In this document: positions 24,646 through 37,830 of the stretch, piece by piece
How the letters are laid out: each line of letters begins with the position of its first letter
How positions within the stretch are numbered: the first letter of the stretch is position 1
Assembly (NCBI RefSeq): GCF_006345805.1
Contig: NC_043000.1
Span: forward strand, 13,764,001 to 13,828,000
DNA: 64,000 nucleotides
Origin: Octopus sinensis
Taxonomy: Eukaryota
Direction: 5' to 3'
The notes under the pieces: model-generated
Database searches by the model: none
What the model saw: only the letters and a program-made list of their open reading frames with translations
Told to the model about the DNA's origin: nothing
Program-made: the position numbers and the translations under genes

Positions 24646-25460
24646 CAGCACCAATGGTGACAATACAACAAACATGATTAAATATCTGAATTCTGGAGAA
24701 GTTTTTGAATAGATGTCCCATACAAAATAGGGAAGGAAAAGATTATGGAAATGGGGGACAAAAATGTAAGATAATTAAAATTTTTTGAAAACAAATTTTT
24801 CCAGAATCTACCATTGTATGAACTATGAAAATAAATACACAACAAAACCAAAACCCTTCCCCTACTCTTTTCCATCCACATAAGATATGGCACATCTATT
24901 TCTGAAATTCTGCTGTAATTCCTTTTACTCATATCTTTATTAATTATCTCCCTGATTGTTAAAGGTGCTTCAGGTGTCCCAGAGTCAGCAATATATCAAC
25001 AAAATAAAAAAAAAAATTCTTCCACTTTCATTTTATTGGTGATTATTACCGATTAGAAGAAAAGCTTTTACTTCTGTTTTATGTTATCACTGATTATTAC
25101 CAATTATCAATTCTTTCACTTCTCATTTGTTTACTGTTTTATTTTCTGACTTTAAGGGGGCTACAACAACTACAACAATATCATCATCAACAAGAAAACA
25201 ATGGAACCGGTAAAAGCAATGCAACATTAAAAGAATCTACATTGAATATAATCAACAGGAACCTAAGGCCAAATTTTCTTCCAACAACACCCAACTGTCT
25301 TACTACGTTTATATGAACCAATAAGTAAAACATCAATGTGGTTGTTAAATATATTAGAAATTGCAGCAAAAATCTCCTTCAAATCAGAATTTTTTGTCTC
25401 ATAGGGACATACAAACAAGTGATGCCACGTGATACCAAACAAGTGATACCACTATGTAGA

Positions 25461-25577
25461 AGCGTCCCCAAAGTCCATCCCCTCCTCATCGTGGCGGGAA
25501 CGCTGGCAACGGGTAGTGTCAGAGTTATGCCGTCGGGAACTTCGGTTCCTGGTAGGGCCACCCAAGGCGGATTGGTC
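25461..25577 (+). ncRNA. HDV-like ribozyme candidate
   Basis: P1 AGCGTCC/GAACGCT; L3 TCCTC; GG-CAAC after P1; imperfect P2 GTCCATCC/GGATTGGTC. Confidence 0.45.
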
Positions 25578-25968
25578 TAACACCAAGTGGTATTAGGGCC
25601 ACAACCTGGCAGACGGGGCTCTGATGAAAATCCTCAGAATGTCTGTTTCGGCAACAGGCGGCTCCTCAGTTGTTCTGTCCCTGCGGCTGCGGACAATCTG
25701 TGGCAAACAGGATGTCTCTACATGCAGGATTGTTGGGGACTGCTTGTGAAATCCACATATTCCCACGAAACTTCTCTCATGAATTCTCAATAGCGAATAC
25801 AATGGCAACATCGGCCTGCGCTGATGGAACTGTGACAGGCTTGCTATCTCCAGTGAACTGGCGCAGGACCATCGTGCGTGGGCTGCCATGGTTCGAGATG
25901 CCTCGAGGGTGGTGGAAGAAGCCGACTCAACCCGCCCAGGGTGGATGTCGCCACAAGTACAAGTAAGT
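25461..25968 (+). mobile_element. Bipartite non-autonomous RTE derivative (5' UTR plus 3' end)
   Basis: Expander-like 5' UTR motif (gttcctggtagggccaccca); C-terminal ELAQDHRAWAAMVRDA; (CAAGTA)n tail. Confidence 0.7.
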
Positions 25969-26378
25969 AGAAGTTAATCATATTAGAAATACAGCTACTT
26001 CTCCCTCAAATCACAACCTTTTGTCTCATGTTACTTAGATACAATACCTGTGCATTATTAGTTCTGCAAGTTGTATATAAATAACAACCGTTTAAAACAT
26101 AGCAGTTTACAAGTCTACAAAAAAATTCACATTTTAATTTGAATACACATTCATCTTTTTTTTTTATTCTTCCTCCTATCTGAATAAATAAACAAAATAA
26201 AATAAAAATGTTTCTGAGCATATTTTGATACTCAGACCCAATCCAAATTTTTCTTTAGGAAAAATAATTTTTTTTGTAAATTACTCTTTGTAAATCTCAC
26301 AACGAGGGATATTCAGCAACAGTACTTTGGAGTAAAGATTGTTTGCCAACATAACATGGTAGTCCTGGTTTAGGACAA

Positions 26379-26625
26379 ATGTTGCTGTAATTTAGCCCCA
26401 GGAGACATAATCTCCAGCTGGCTGTATGACACGATATGTGTCCTTATATTTTCAAACAAGGGAATCTAGCACCCCCCAACTCAAAACAATATCTGTATAT
26501 TACGATTTCTGGATTATTTCTCTTCATCAAGGTGCTAGAGTCCCTTGTTTGAAAATATAAGGACACAGATCATGTCATATAGCCATCAGGAGACAATGTT
26601 TCCCAGGGCTAAATTACAGCAACAT
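26379..26625. repeat. Diverged fold-back element (~95-bp arms, 57-nt spacer)
   Basis: 26379-26473 pairs with 26531-26625. Confidence 0.85.
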
Positions 26626-26647
26626 CGCATATATATATATATATATA

Positions 26648-26940
26648 TAGAATGGTTGTATACTGTCAATCTAACACGAACGTGACAGTAGGGGGTACAC
26701 CACCGCTGTATAGCCCTAGGAAGCATCGAACGCCTCCTGATGGCTTTGACATATTTTTCCCTGTGTCCTTATATACATTACGAAGGGGGTGTTTGTCTCC
26801 CCTTCGTAAATGTATATAAGGACACAGGGAAAAATATGTCAAAGCCATCAGGAGGCGTTCGATGCTTCCTAGGGCTATACAGCGGTGGTGTACCCCCTAC
26901 TGTCACGTTCGTGTTAAATTGACAGTATACAACCATTCTA
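26648..26940. repeat. Near-perfect palindrome (~141-bp arms, 10-nt loop)
   Basis: One mismatch and one 1-nt indel between arms. Confidence 0.95.
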
Positions 26941-26995
26941 TCGCCCCACCACCATACATGTCTCTACGAGAGATTTAGAAATTCAATATTTCTTA

Positions 26996-27033
<38 letters not shown>

Positions 27034-27213
27034 GTAAGAACTTACAGTGGACAAGGCTGTGTGGCGTTCAATTAATAATAATTATAAATAAATAATACAC
27101 AGTCAACAACTGACAAGGAGTTATCTTCTTTTGGTATTTTGTCCAGTATTTATCTCTTGTGTGTTTACATATTTTTCACTTGTTGGTGATTTCCTGTACT
27201 GAATGTGTATTAG

Positions 27214-27251
<38 letters not shown>

Positions 27252-27562
27252 TTCTCATTGTTCTGTTCTTGTTACCACTTTCACCCTCCATTTATTTAAT
27301 TTGCCTTGTAGGAAGGACTGTTTCAACGAAGTCGTGTATTGTCCTTACCTTCAAAACGCGGAGTAGATGAAACAGGAACAACTGATGAAGGGGAATATTC
27401 TTTGTGTTGCATATCTCGTTTCTGTTTTTTTCTTTGTTTGAAAAAAGTTCGTTTTCTATGTTTTTGTTTTTATGTTTTCGTTTCTTGTTGTGTTCAATGT
27501 TTTTGGGATGTCCTGTACCCATATATGCATATATTTATATTATATATGTATATATATATAAT

Positions 27563-27620
<58 letters not shown>

Positions 27621-28529
27621 CATACATACATACATACATACATACATACATACATACATACATACATACATTCATACATACAAAATTGTGTGTGTGTTTA
27701 TGTGTGAAATCAACAATAGTGTACTGTAAGATCCATAATGGTAGAGTCTGAGAAGCATAAAGTTTCAACAGTAATCCAGGTAGTGGTAAAAGGGTTCAGT
27801 AAAGGTTCAAAGGTCTGAGAACAAGGTAGGAGAGGAAATTAGAGTCTAAGAGTTCAGTCAGACAGGATCAAACTGGTAAAACCATTAATCTCTGTTTTTC
27901 GCCTCTCCCCATGTGCTCTTTTCATATTCCTTTCTTTTGAAGATCAAAGACTCTTCCATTTTTCCTGAGCATCAACCTAAAACACCTTGTTTGTCTCTAG
28001 CTTCTGTTGCTAGCTTTTTGTAAAATTTTGAACTATATATATGTAATTGGATTGAGCACAGTTGCCATCTAACAAACTCCGGTCACTAAGTGTTGGTCAA
28101 TATATATATAAAATCTCAATTCTTTTATACTTCATTTAGACATCACAGAGAAATTAAGCAATATTTCTTATTTTTTCTTACTACCTGAAATTACAACAAA
28201 CCCAAACACTGAAAGAATCACATAGAGAATCTCACAGTAAGGCCTGTGTGATGTTAACAATTTAACGATGTCAAAAAAAGACATCTATCAAAGCTCCAGA
28301 ATAGCAAGTTTACAAAATTGCCACCAAATTTACTTCACAACATATTTTGGCATGTATATTTTCCATTACATTTTGTACCTCAAGTAAATTTCAGAGAATC
28401 ACCAGAAAAATCAATAAATACACTAAAGAAACGATTTTTTTTCTCATTAATTTCAAATTTCAAAACTAAAATTTTGTCAAATTGAATATTTTTTGTTTTG
28501 TCATTTTACTTATAGACAAACACACACAC

Positions 28530-28616
28530 ACACATGTACACACGTGCACACACACAACAACAACACATGTATGTGTGAGGTGTGTGTAGTGTATGTGTGT
28601 ACCACACATATACCTA

Positions 28617-28662
<46 letters not shown>

Positions 28663-28784
28663 CATATATAGATGGATAGATAGACAGATATAGATATACA
28701 ATATACACATAAATACATGCACATGCACATATACATACACACACACATATATATATATACACACACATTATATATACATGCATA

Positions 28785-28818
<34 letters not shown>

Positions 28819-28931
28819 CATATATATATACACATACATGCAGATAAAACACACACACATATATATACACATGCATATACATATTACACACATATATATA
28901 TATACTATATATATAAACACTATATATATAC

Positions 28932-28962
<31 letters not shown>

Positions 28963-29155
28963 CATATATATATATTACATATATATATATATACATATAT
29001 ATAAACACACAATATATATACATAAATATATATACATATATATATATATACATATATTGCATACATATATTATGTTCATATATATATATACATATATATA
29101 TACATACATATATATACATATATATATACATATATATTATATATACACATGTACA

Positions 29156-29211
<56 letters not shown>

Positions 29212-29345
29212 TGTATATACATACGTATATATAAATACATATATGTACACACATACACATACATATAAATATCTATATATATATACATATATATATACAT
29301 GATATAAATATTATATATATATATGTACACACACAGACATATATA
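28530..29345. repeat. Compound (CA)/(TA)/(TACA) microsatellite
   Basis: Direct reading. Confidence 0.95.
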
Positions 29346-29642
29346 TGCAAGCAAAAGGTAATCCAAATTAATGAATGAAACCTTCCAAGTTTTTTCCTCA
29401 ATGCAAACCATTTAGGATTAATCTTGTTTTTATTTACACATTTATTTATATTTATTTGTTTTTGTTTTTTTTACCAAAACATAAAATGAAAATTGCTTTG
29501 AATTTAATTTTGTGTTTAAACACATTCATTTATGAGAAAGTGAATGCAGGTGGGTTTGTATGTCCATACATGTGTCCAAATATAAATTATATCATAAATA
29601 TATAGTAAGTTACATTGACATATGAATATATATACATATATA

Positions 29643-29702
<60 letters not shown>

Positions 29703-29729
29703 TATGTATATATATATATATCATAATCC

Positions 29730-29784
<55 letters not shown>

Positions 29785-29899
29785 ATATATAATATATACA
29801 GGTAGTTTAGATATATACATACATACCTACATGCATGCATAATTTTATATCTACATATATATATATCTATATATATATATATATATATTATGTGTGTAT

Positions 29900-30258
29900 C
29901 TAATGGTTGATGCCAGTGCAGCTGGACTGCCTCCCATGCTGGTGGCATGTAAAAAGCACCAATTGAGCATTGAGCATGGTCGATGACAGTGCCATCTGAC
30001 TGGCTCCCTTGCAGGTAGCACATAAAGAGCATTGTTTCACACATTGTCAATGCCAGTGCTGCCAGACTGGCTCCTGTACCAGTGGCACGTAAAAAGCACT
30101 GACTATACTCTCAGAGTGGTTGGCATTAGGAAGGGCATCAAGTTGTAGAAATCTTGCTAGATCAGATTGGAGCCTGGTCAGCCTCCTGGTCTGCCAGTCC
30201 CCAGTTGAACCTTGCAACTCATGCCAGCATGGAAAGCGAACATTTAATGATGATGAGG
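29900..30258 (+). mobile_element. RTE 3' UTR copy
   Basis: Similarity to 20060-20393. Confidence 0.8.
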
Positions 30259-30669
30259 AAGATATTTATATTCATGTGTATGTGTGTATATATGTATATA
30301 TATATTATATTTGTATCAGTGTATATTTATATTTGTGTTCTGTTGTGTCTAGGGAGAGTCTTTTTCTTTATGTGCCTTATAATTCATATGTGTATGTATA
30401 TATATAAGCTGAAGTGACTACAGAATGGATTTTGTCTGTTTTCTTACCCGCTTAGATGATATAGGTAAAATTATACAAGTGTGTCCATCTGATTAAATTA
30501 ATTCTATTTATTTATTTATGCAGCTGAGGAGAGCTCTGCATTTAAATTGATGTAATGATTGTATTGTATATATTATATATATATATATATATTATATATA
30601 TATATATATACAAGCTTAAGATGACCCGCTCTAGGAACGGGTAAGAGTGTGGTTGTTACTTTCTGTTGC

Positions 30670-30992
30670 TTCCTTTTGGCACATAAAAAGCACCATATGA
30701 ACGTGGCCGATGGCAGCGCCGCCTTGACTGGCTTCTGTGCCGGTGGCACGTAAAAAGCAACAACCGATCGTGGCCGCTGCCACCCCCCCTTGGCACCTGT
30801 ACCGATGGCACGAAAAAAAGCACCCACAACACTCACGAAGTGGTTGGCATTAGGAAGGGCATCCAGCTGTAGAAACACTGCCAGATCAGACCGGAGCCTG
30901 GTGAAGCCTCTTGGCTTCCCAGACCCCGGTCAAACCATAAAACCCATGCTAGCATGGAAAACGGATGTTAAACGATGATGATGATGATGATG
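30670..30992 (+). mobile_element. RTE 3' UTR copy
   Basis: Similarity to 20060-20393. Confidence 0.85.
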
Positions 30993-31798
30993 ATTCTCCA
31001 TCTTTGTTTCTCCTTTCTCTCTCACTTGCCCACTCTCTTACTCTTCCTTTCTCTCAAACTCTCCCTCGCTTTCTCTTACTCTCTATCTTTATCTATCTCT
31101 ATCCCATTTATAAACAACAAAAGATCTTGAGTAAGTTAAGAAAGAAAATAGTTTAAAAGTTCAATCATAAATATCAGGCAGTGACAACAGAAAGGTCTGC
31201 TTCAAGGCAGACGGCAAAACACTAACATTTAAAAGGGACAGATGAACTTGCAAGCTGAATAAAAAAAAAAAAAATATTGGAAACCAAAGTTTGAAGGGAT
31301 AGAATCTGAAGATAGTAGAGTCACTATGGCTGGCATTTCTTAACGATGGACAGCAACGTAGTGGCAGTTTAACAGCTGTCATAAAATTTTGAACTTGATG
31401 TAAAAGAAAATTCCTAAACACCAAGCTTTGAAGTGATTCTTTCTCACGACAGTAGACTCACCATGGCAAGCATTCAAAACTTCTTCATTATGGACGGCAA
31501 CACATTGACGATTTAAAGGCTGGCGCAAATTTTTTAGCTTCATGTAACAGAGAATTCCTAAACACCCACTCCTGTAAATTTTAATCCCCTTCAAGCCCCA
31601 TTTAGACCACTTTTCACATTTTGGTTAATATAACCCGATTTCATTCGGGTCTACTTGGGCCACATTTTATAAGATGAGGAATTTTGTCCTAGAGGTCACG
31701 CCTTTCATTTGAGGAAAAAAATAGTTGCCATGCAAACTCGCCAGCACTTTTAACATAGGTGTGCATATTTTCAGCTGAACCGACCACATAATGCACAC

Positions 31799-31835
<37 letters not shown>

Positions 31836-32731
31836 GCATTATATATATATGTGTGTGTGTACGCATTATATATACAAATGTATACAAATTACATATATAT
31901 ATATATATATAAATTAAATTAGAGATAAAATCACTATTAGGCAAATCAAACAGTGAAAAACATAAATCAAAACATAAAAATAAAAATATAATATACAAAA
32001 TATAAAATTAAAAAATTTAAATTATTTAAATTTAAAATTAAAATTATTAATTTATATTTATAATTTAAAAAAAAATATATATAACTATCAAAAAGTAATA
32101 AAAAGTTTAATATACATAAATACAGATATATACACTTTGTATATATACATTATATATACATATTTATATATAGAACACACAGACACATACATATAAATTA
32201 ACCCAATAAATATCTGATTCATAATATTTGTCCTCATGATTGTGTTGTGGTTGTGGCGATGATAATTCTCTCTATGAATGCAGACAGACGTAGAGAGAGA
32301 GAGAGTGTGAAAGCGCTGTCGAAGGCGGGGAGGGGGAGATGTAAGACGCTGTGAAACGACGTTATAAAGAGAAAGTGAAGGTAAGGGAGGTAGACGCTGT
32401 GAAACGACATTATAGATAGAAAGTGATGGGAAGGGAGGAAAGAGAATGAATGATGGAGGAAGACAGATACATAAAAGAATGAGAGTAAACTTGTCAAAGT
32501 GCGTTTTTGGCTCTAGCAATGACACCTTTTAAGATAGGTATTTCTAACCTAGCCCACTCGCATCCTCACCTCATTTTACATGTCCCTGTAAATTTTGGAG
32601 TCAATCCGACGGGATCTAGTGGCCTTTAACCCGTTCTCAATGTATACATATACATATATACATATATCCATATACATATATATCATAATATATATATATA
32701 TATGATATATGTGTATATAGATATATATAAT

Positions 32732-32780
<49 letters not shown>

Positions 32781-32790
32781 ATATATATAA

Positions 32791-32823
<33 letters not shown>

Positions 32824-32825
<2 letters not shown>

Positions 32826-32970
32826 TCATCATCATCATCATTTAGCATCCGTTTTCAATGCTAGCATGGGTTGGACGGTCAACTGGGGTCTGTGAAGCCG
32901 GAAGGCTTCATCAGGCCCAGTCAGATCTGGCAGTGTTTCTACGGCTGGATGCCCTTCCTAACGCCAACCA
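32824..32970 (-). mobile_element. RTE 3' UTR copy inside a (TA)n tract
   Basis: Nearly identical to 44421-44547 inverted. Confidence 0.85.
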
Positions 32971-33079
32971 CTATATATATATAGATACACACACATCCAT
33001 ATATGGTATATATACAAATACACACACACACACACATAAGTACTTACAAGAAAACTGACATTTTGTCAATTACAATGAC

Positions 33080-33350
33080 AAGAGTTGTAGTTGATCCAAA
33101 CAACAGAATAGCCTACTCATGAAACTAAGATGCAAGTGGGTGAGCACTTCACAAACGTGCATACCTTTGTTCTCAGGGAGATTCAGCGTAACACAGAATG
33201 TGATAAGACTGGTTTTTTTTAATTACAGGTAGAACTCATTTTTGCCAGTTGAATAGACTGGAGCAATGTGAAAAAGAGTCTCTTGCTCAAGGACACAACA
33301 CATTGCCAGGAATTGAACTCATGACCTTACAATCATGAAGCAAATACAGT
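33080..33350 (-). mobile_element. tRNA SINE (tgtgtccttgagcaag family)
   Basis: Reverse-complement similarity to 37530-37830. Confidence 0.7.
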
Positions 33351-33429
33351 AACTACTGTGTTCTTTACCTTCACTAAATACGTACACACATGCATGCATA
33401 CATACATATGTAACACACTGCCTAGGTAC

Positions 33430-33790
33430 AAATCTTGTGAAATTAGGCTTCTCTAAACCAGAAAGGAGAAAGCTCATTAGAAGTCTACAGATCCCATCCA
33501 TTACTGGAACTGTGAAAGTTTGTAAAACTTTCCAGATGTTTATCGTTTAAGTATATATGTACATGTCTAGACATGCAACTATATGCATGACAATTTACAG
33601 ACATAAAACAAAATATACAAATCTGCACATGTACTGACTCCCAACACTGCACATATACACACATACATGCAAAAGTACCCTGTTTATGTTGTTGAACTTC
33701 CAATGAAGAAGCCTCGGATCTAGGCGAAAAACAGGCTCTTTCTCTACTGGCAAGAAATCTTGCAATAAAACTGAATAATGACATACAAGC
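33430..33790 (+). mobile_element. 3' end of a restriction-like-endonuclease non-LTR element (R4/NeSL-like)
   Basis: GFSKPERRKLIRSLQIPSITGTVKVCKTF resembles the C-terminal helix of such elements. Confidence 0.4.
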
Positions 33791-33802
33791 AAACATACTT
33801 CA

Positions 33803-33837
<35 letters not shown>

Positions 33838-33929
33838 ATAACACAGACATCTCATTTTAACAGATATATTTACCAACATTACATAAAACTATCTTGAAAT
33901 ACTAAAGAATAAATTTCTTCAATAAAATC

Positions 33930-34695
33930 ACCATTGGCTTCAACCACAACCTCTAGATGACCTCAGAATATCCTCAACTCTTCTGGATGGTCTCCTTGTT
34001 TAAGTTGGTGAATGCTGCCATAATCCTTGCTTTCAGTTCATCTTCAGTGTTACAAGGAGTTTTGTTGCTCTCTCGCCCAACTGTGCCCCACACATAATAA
34101 TCAAGGGGGTTGCTGTCTGGGGAGTTAGGGGGTGATGTGGTCACAGAAATTGTCTGACAGCCATGCCTAGGTTCTCCTGCTTGTGTGGCATGGTGCAGAG
34201 TCCTGTTACCAGACATAGGGTCTTCCAGCAGCTACCCTCTTGACTCAGGACAGCACTACCTCCTCCAGGCACTTGATGTAGGTCTCCGTGTTGAGACTGA
34301 GGTTCTGGGAAGATAAATGGAGGCATAACATTGCCATCACAAGTGATCACTCCAAACAGCATGATGTTGACTGGATATTTGATTTTTATCACTCTTGGTA
34401 CATGTCCTAAGATCACACTGTCCTCAGATTGACACCCAAACACTCAGAAATGTTTGTATTGGAGCTTCTGGCTCGAATGCCAAGCAGTACAGTATGTCGT
34501 TTACAAATTTCTGGTAGAGCGAATTGTGTCATGGTGCTGTTTTTCTTACTGACAGTGCCTAACTGACCCTACTGTACTATGTAGTTGCCAAAATCAAAAA
34601 CAAACAATGCACATGCGTGAAATTAGGAATATATGTTGGCAGCAATTTACCCTGCAATTACACCCTGTATATATATACAGCAATTACACCCTGTA
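33930..34695 (-). mobile_element. Tc1/mariner (maT/DD37D-like) transposase remnant with left TIR
   Basis: MLFGVITCDGNVMPPFIF; PPNSPDSNPLDYYVWG; TIR ta|cagggtgtaattg, locally duplicated at 34662-34695. Confidence 0.85.
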
Positions 34696-34702
34696 TATAT
34701 AT

Positions 34703-35530
34703 ACATCATCATCATCATTTAATGTTTGCTTTCCATGCTGGCATACGCTGGACGGTTTGACTGAGGTCTGGAGAGCCACCAGCAGCACCAGGCTCCAATC
34801 TGATCTGGCAATGATTCTACAGCTAGATGCCCTACCTAATGCCAACCACTCTGAGAGTGTAGTGGATGCCTTTTACATGCCACCAATACAGGAGCCAGTC
34901 AGGTGGGCTGGCATCATTCATGTTCCAATAGTGTTTTTTACATGCCACTGGCATGGGAGCCAGTCAGGGGGCACTGGCCACAGCTACAATATTAGTTTTA
35001 CTTGACTCTACATGTCTTCTCAAGCAGATCATATCCCCTGACGATTCAGGGGTACTCTTAACTGGGCCAGACATATGTGGGTGCAATCTCACTTTAGTTG
35101 CTGGATCTTCTCAATCACAGCATATCTCCAAAGGTCACAGTCTCCTGTCATTACCACTGTGAGGCCCAGTGTTTGAAGGTGATGCTTCACCACCTCATTC
35201 CATGTCTTCCTGGGTCTACATCTTCCACAGGTTCCTTCCACATACTTGCTTCATTTCTTTCAAGCCTATGCATGTTCTCAGCAGTCAAGGCCCATCTTTC
35301 ACTGTCATGTAGCATAGTAGTTCGAGCACATACATCATCCTGAGCAAGAGGCCCTTAGTTACCAGCAGAGGTAGGAGCTCCCTGAAATTTGCCCTGGCTA
35401 TTCTTATTCTAGCTGCTACACTCTCAGAGCAACCACCTCCACTACAGACTTGGTCGTCTAGGTAACAGAAGCTATTAACTACTTCTAGTTTCTCCCCCTG
35501 GCATGTGATGGAATCTGTTTTGTGTACATA
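34703..35530 (-). mobile_element. Degenerate RTE copy (RT C-terminus plus 3' UTR)
   Basis: GEKLEVVNSFCYL..ARIRIARANFRELLPLLVTKG. Confidence 0.85.
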
Positions 35531-35947
35531 CTTACATACATCTCCCCACACACACACACATGCAATCTTATAAATTCTAGACAAGAACAAGCATAGAGAT
35601 GCTTTTGCTTATGAGGAAATTTTCATTTGAACTATACAAGATTCAAAATGATGAACTGAAAATGATTATCCAGAGAGAACTTGAAATAGAGATTGTTTGC
35701 ATCTGACTTAACAGCTCTACATTATACAACACAGAGTTTATAAAAGAAAATATTTAAATGGCCATATCAAGGATATCAAGTTAAGACCCTGAAGAGACTG
35801 CACCATTTTACAGTAGGGTTGCCAGTGCAACATTTACTAATCAGTGCAACATTTACTAATCAGTGCAACTGAAAGATGGTATATAATTATCGAATTAAAA
35901 GTAATGCTATTACTACTTTGGAGTAACCCGTATTTTTATATTGTCAG

Positions 35948-36026
<79 letters not shown>

Positions 36027-36054
36027 ATGTATGTATATATGAATGTATATCCAA

Positions 36055-36290
36055 GCACATAAATGCAAAACAAGGGGGAAAAAATAGTACTCAAATACCA
36101 GAAGTAGAGTAATATGCTTTATAAAAAGCAGCAAAAATATCACAAAAACTGTTACTCAGAGTTTCACGTTCTCATTCGTTGGACAGTTTTGTTTAGAAAT
36201 TCTAAACAAAAGTGTCCAACAAATGGGAACCTGAAACTCTGAGTAACAGGTTTTGTGATATTTTTGCTGCTTTTTAATAAAGCATATATA
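36055..36290. mobile_element. PLE-like terminus forming an inverted duplication with two hammerhead-like motifs
   Basis: Arms 36112-36198 and 36200-36287; both outer ends abut (TA)n. Confidence 0.6.
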
Positions 36291-37529
36291 TGTGTATATA
36301 TATATTTATATATGTATGTATGTATATTTATGTGCGCATACAAGTATATGCTTGGCTAGAAAGTGTGAGGGAAAAGGAACATGGAAAGGAATAGATAATG
36401 GTGGAGAGGAATTATAAGGAAGTCATTGACAGAAAGTGCAGTAAGACGGGTTGTTAGAGTAGAAGCCAGAAGGTGAAAAATGAGAAGGAATATTAATGAT
36501 GATAAAGGGTAAAGTGTTTAAAATACATCTATGCTGGAATTGTGTAGATTCTGTGAGAATTGTATATTGCTAAAAAGTGGATTACCTCATAAGACCTAAA
36601 AGTTTCATGCGACTGATTACTCATCAGCAATACTAAAATAATGGAGACACAAGCCAGGTACTACCAACAACCTGTCTCACAGTTGGGTGGTCTACATCTA
36701 AGCCAGTTTCTTGATCCAGTTTAGTGTGTAAGGAAGGTGTATAGCACCCAGATCAGTTAAAAAATATATTATGCCAAAGGCAGAAGAGCTTCTCACAGAG
36801 AAACCAAAAACCAGTCATAACAGGAAAGAAGATAAATACCACCGGATTATCTACCAACACACTTTGCTGGGCATCTGCTTACTTTTTGGACAACAGATTT
36901 TGAAAGGAACAATGAGGAAAACATAACGGAAAATTGGATATTTGAAGGTGTTGGCTACCTGATTTGTTCTGTGGTTAAAGATGTCAAATTCATTTTTTGT
37001 ACAAATCAGTGGTGGTTCTATTTAAAATTAACCAGCAAGAACTTTAGCAAATGGTAACAAGTTGATATAAACTTAGATCTTTGTTCCATGTTAAAGTAAA
37101 TGTGGAGGATGTTGTGGATTTTCTCTGTAAGATTTAATTATTTAATTGTTTCATCATCATTGTTTAACGTCTGTTTTCCATGCTAGCATGTACTAAATAA
37201 ACTGATGCGTGAATCTGTCATCACTTGAGCACTGGATAATTGTATGCATGTACAGGGAATATATGAGAAACATGCAAAGAAGGAATACATTAGGAATTTT
37301 AGCAAATGGTGACAAGTTGACATAAACTCAGATCTTTGTTCAGTATAAAAGTAAGAGTGAAAGATGTTGTGGATATGTACTAAATTAACTAATGCATGAA
37401 TCTGTCATCACTTGAGCACTGGATCATTGTATGTATGTACAGGGAATATACAAGGAACATGCAAAGAATGAATGCATAGATATTAATACTGGATGCAGAA
37501 AGAATTTGTTTAAGAATTACTTAAGCAAA

Positions 37530-37830
37530 AATGGTAGTGGTTAAGGTATTCAGCTCATAATTACAAGGCAGTGAGTTCAATTCCTGGTGATGCATTGTGT
37601 CCTTCAGCAAGACACTTTATTTTGCTTTGCTCCAGTCCACTCAGATGGCAAATATGAGTAGTACCTGTATTTCAAAGGACCGGCCTTGTCACACTCTGTG
37701 TCACTCTGAATATCCCTGAAAACTACATTAACTGTATGCATATCTGTGGAATACTCAGCCACTTGCATGTTAATTCCATGAGCAGGCTGTTCCATTAATT
37801 AGATCAACTGGAACCCTAGTCATCATAAAG
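37530..37830 (+). mobile_element. tRNA SINE (tgtgtccttcagcaagacactt family)
   Basis: A-box-like gtagtggttaagg; B-box-like gagttcaattcc. Confidence 0.75.

Noticed and set aside
26700-27400. Permuted GAAAC..GTC-TC-CTGATGG and GAAAC..CTGATGA motifs
   Set aside because: No stem I can form and stem II partners are missing
30519-30540. GCAG-CTGAGGA..CTGC core fragment
   Set aside because: No GAAA or stem II present
33679-33735. Type III hammerhead-like fold (CCTGTTT-A ... ATGAAGA-A-GCCT..AGGC-GAA-AAACAGG)
   Set aside because: Stems II and III pair, but C3 is A and stem I has only 2 bp; single copy in a different element class, so probably chance
36585-36632. Minus-strand CTGATGA..GAAAC..GTC
   Set aside because: Stems I and II do not pair adequately
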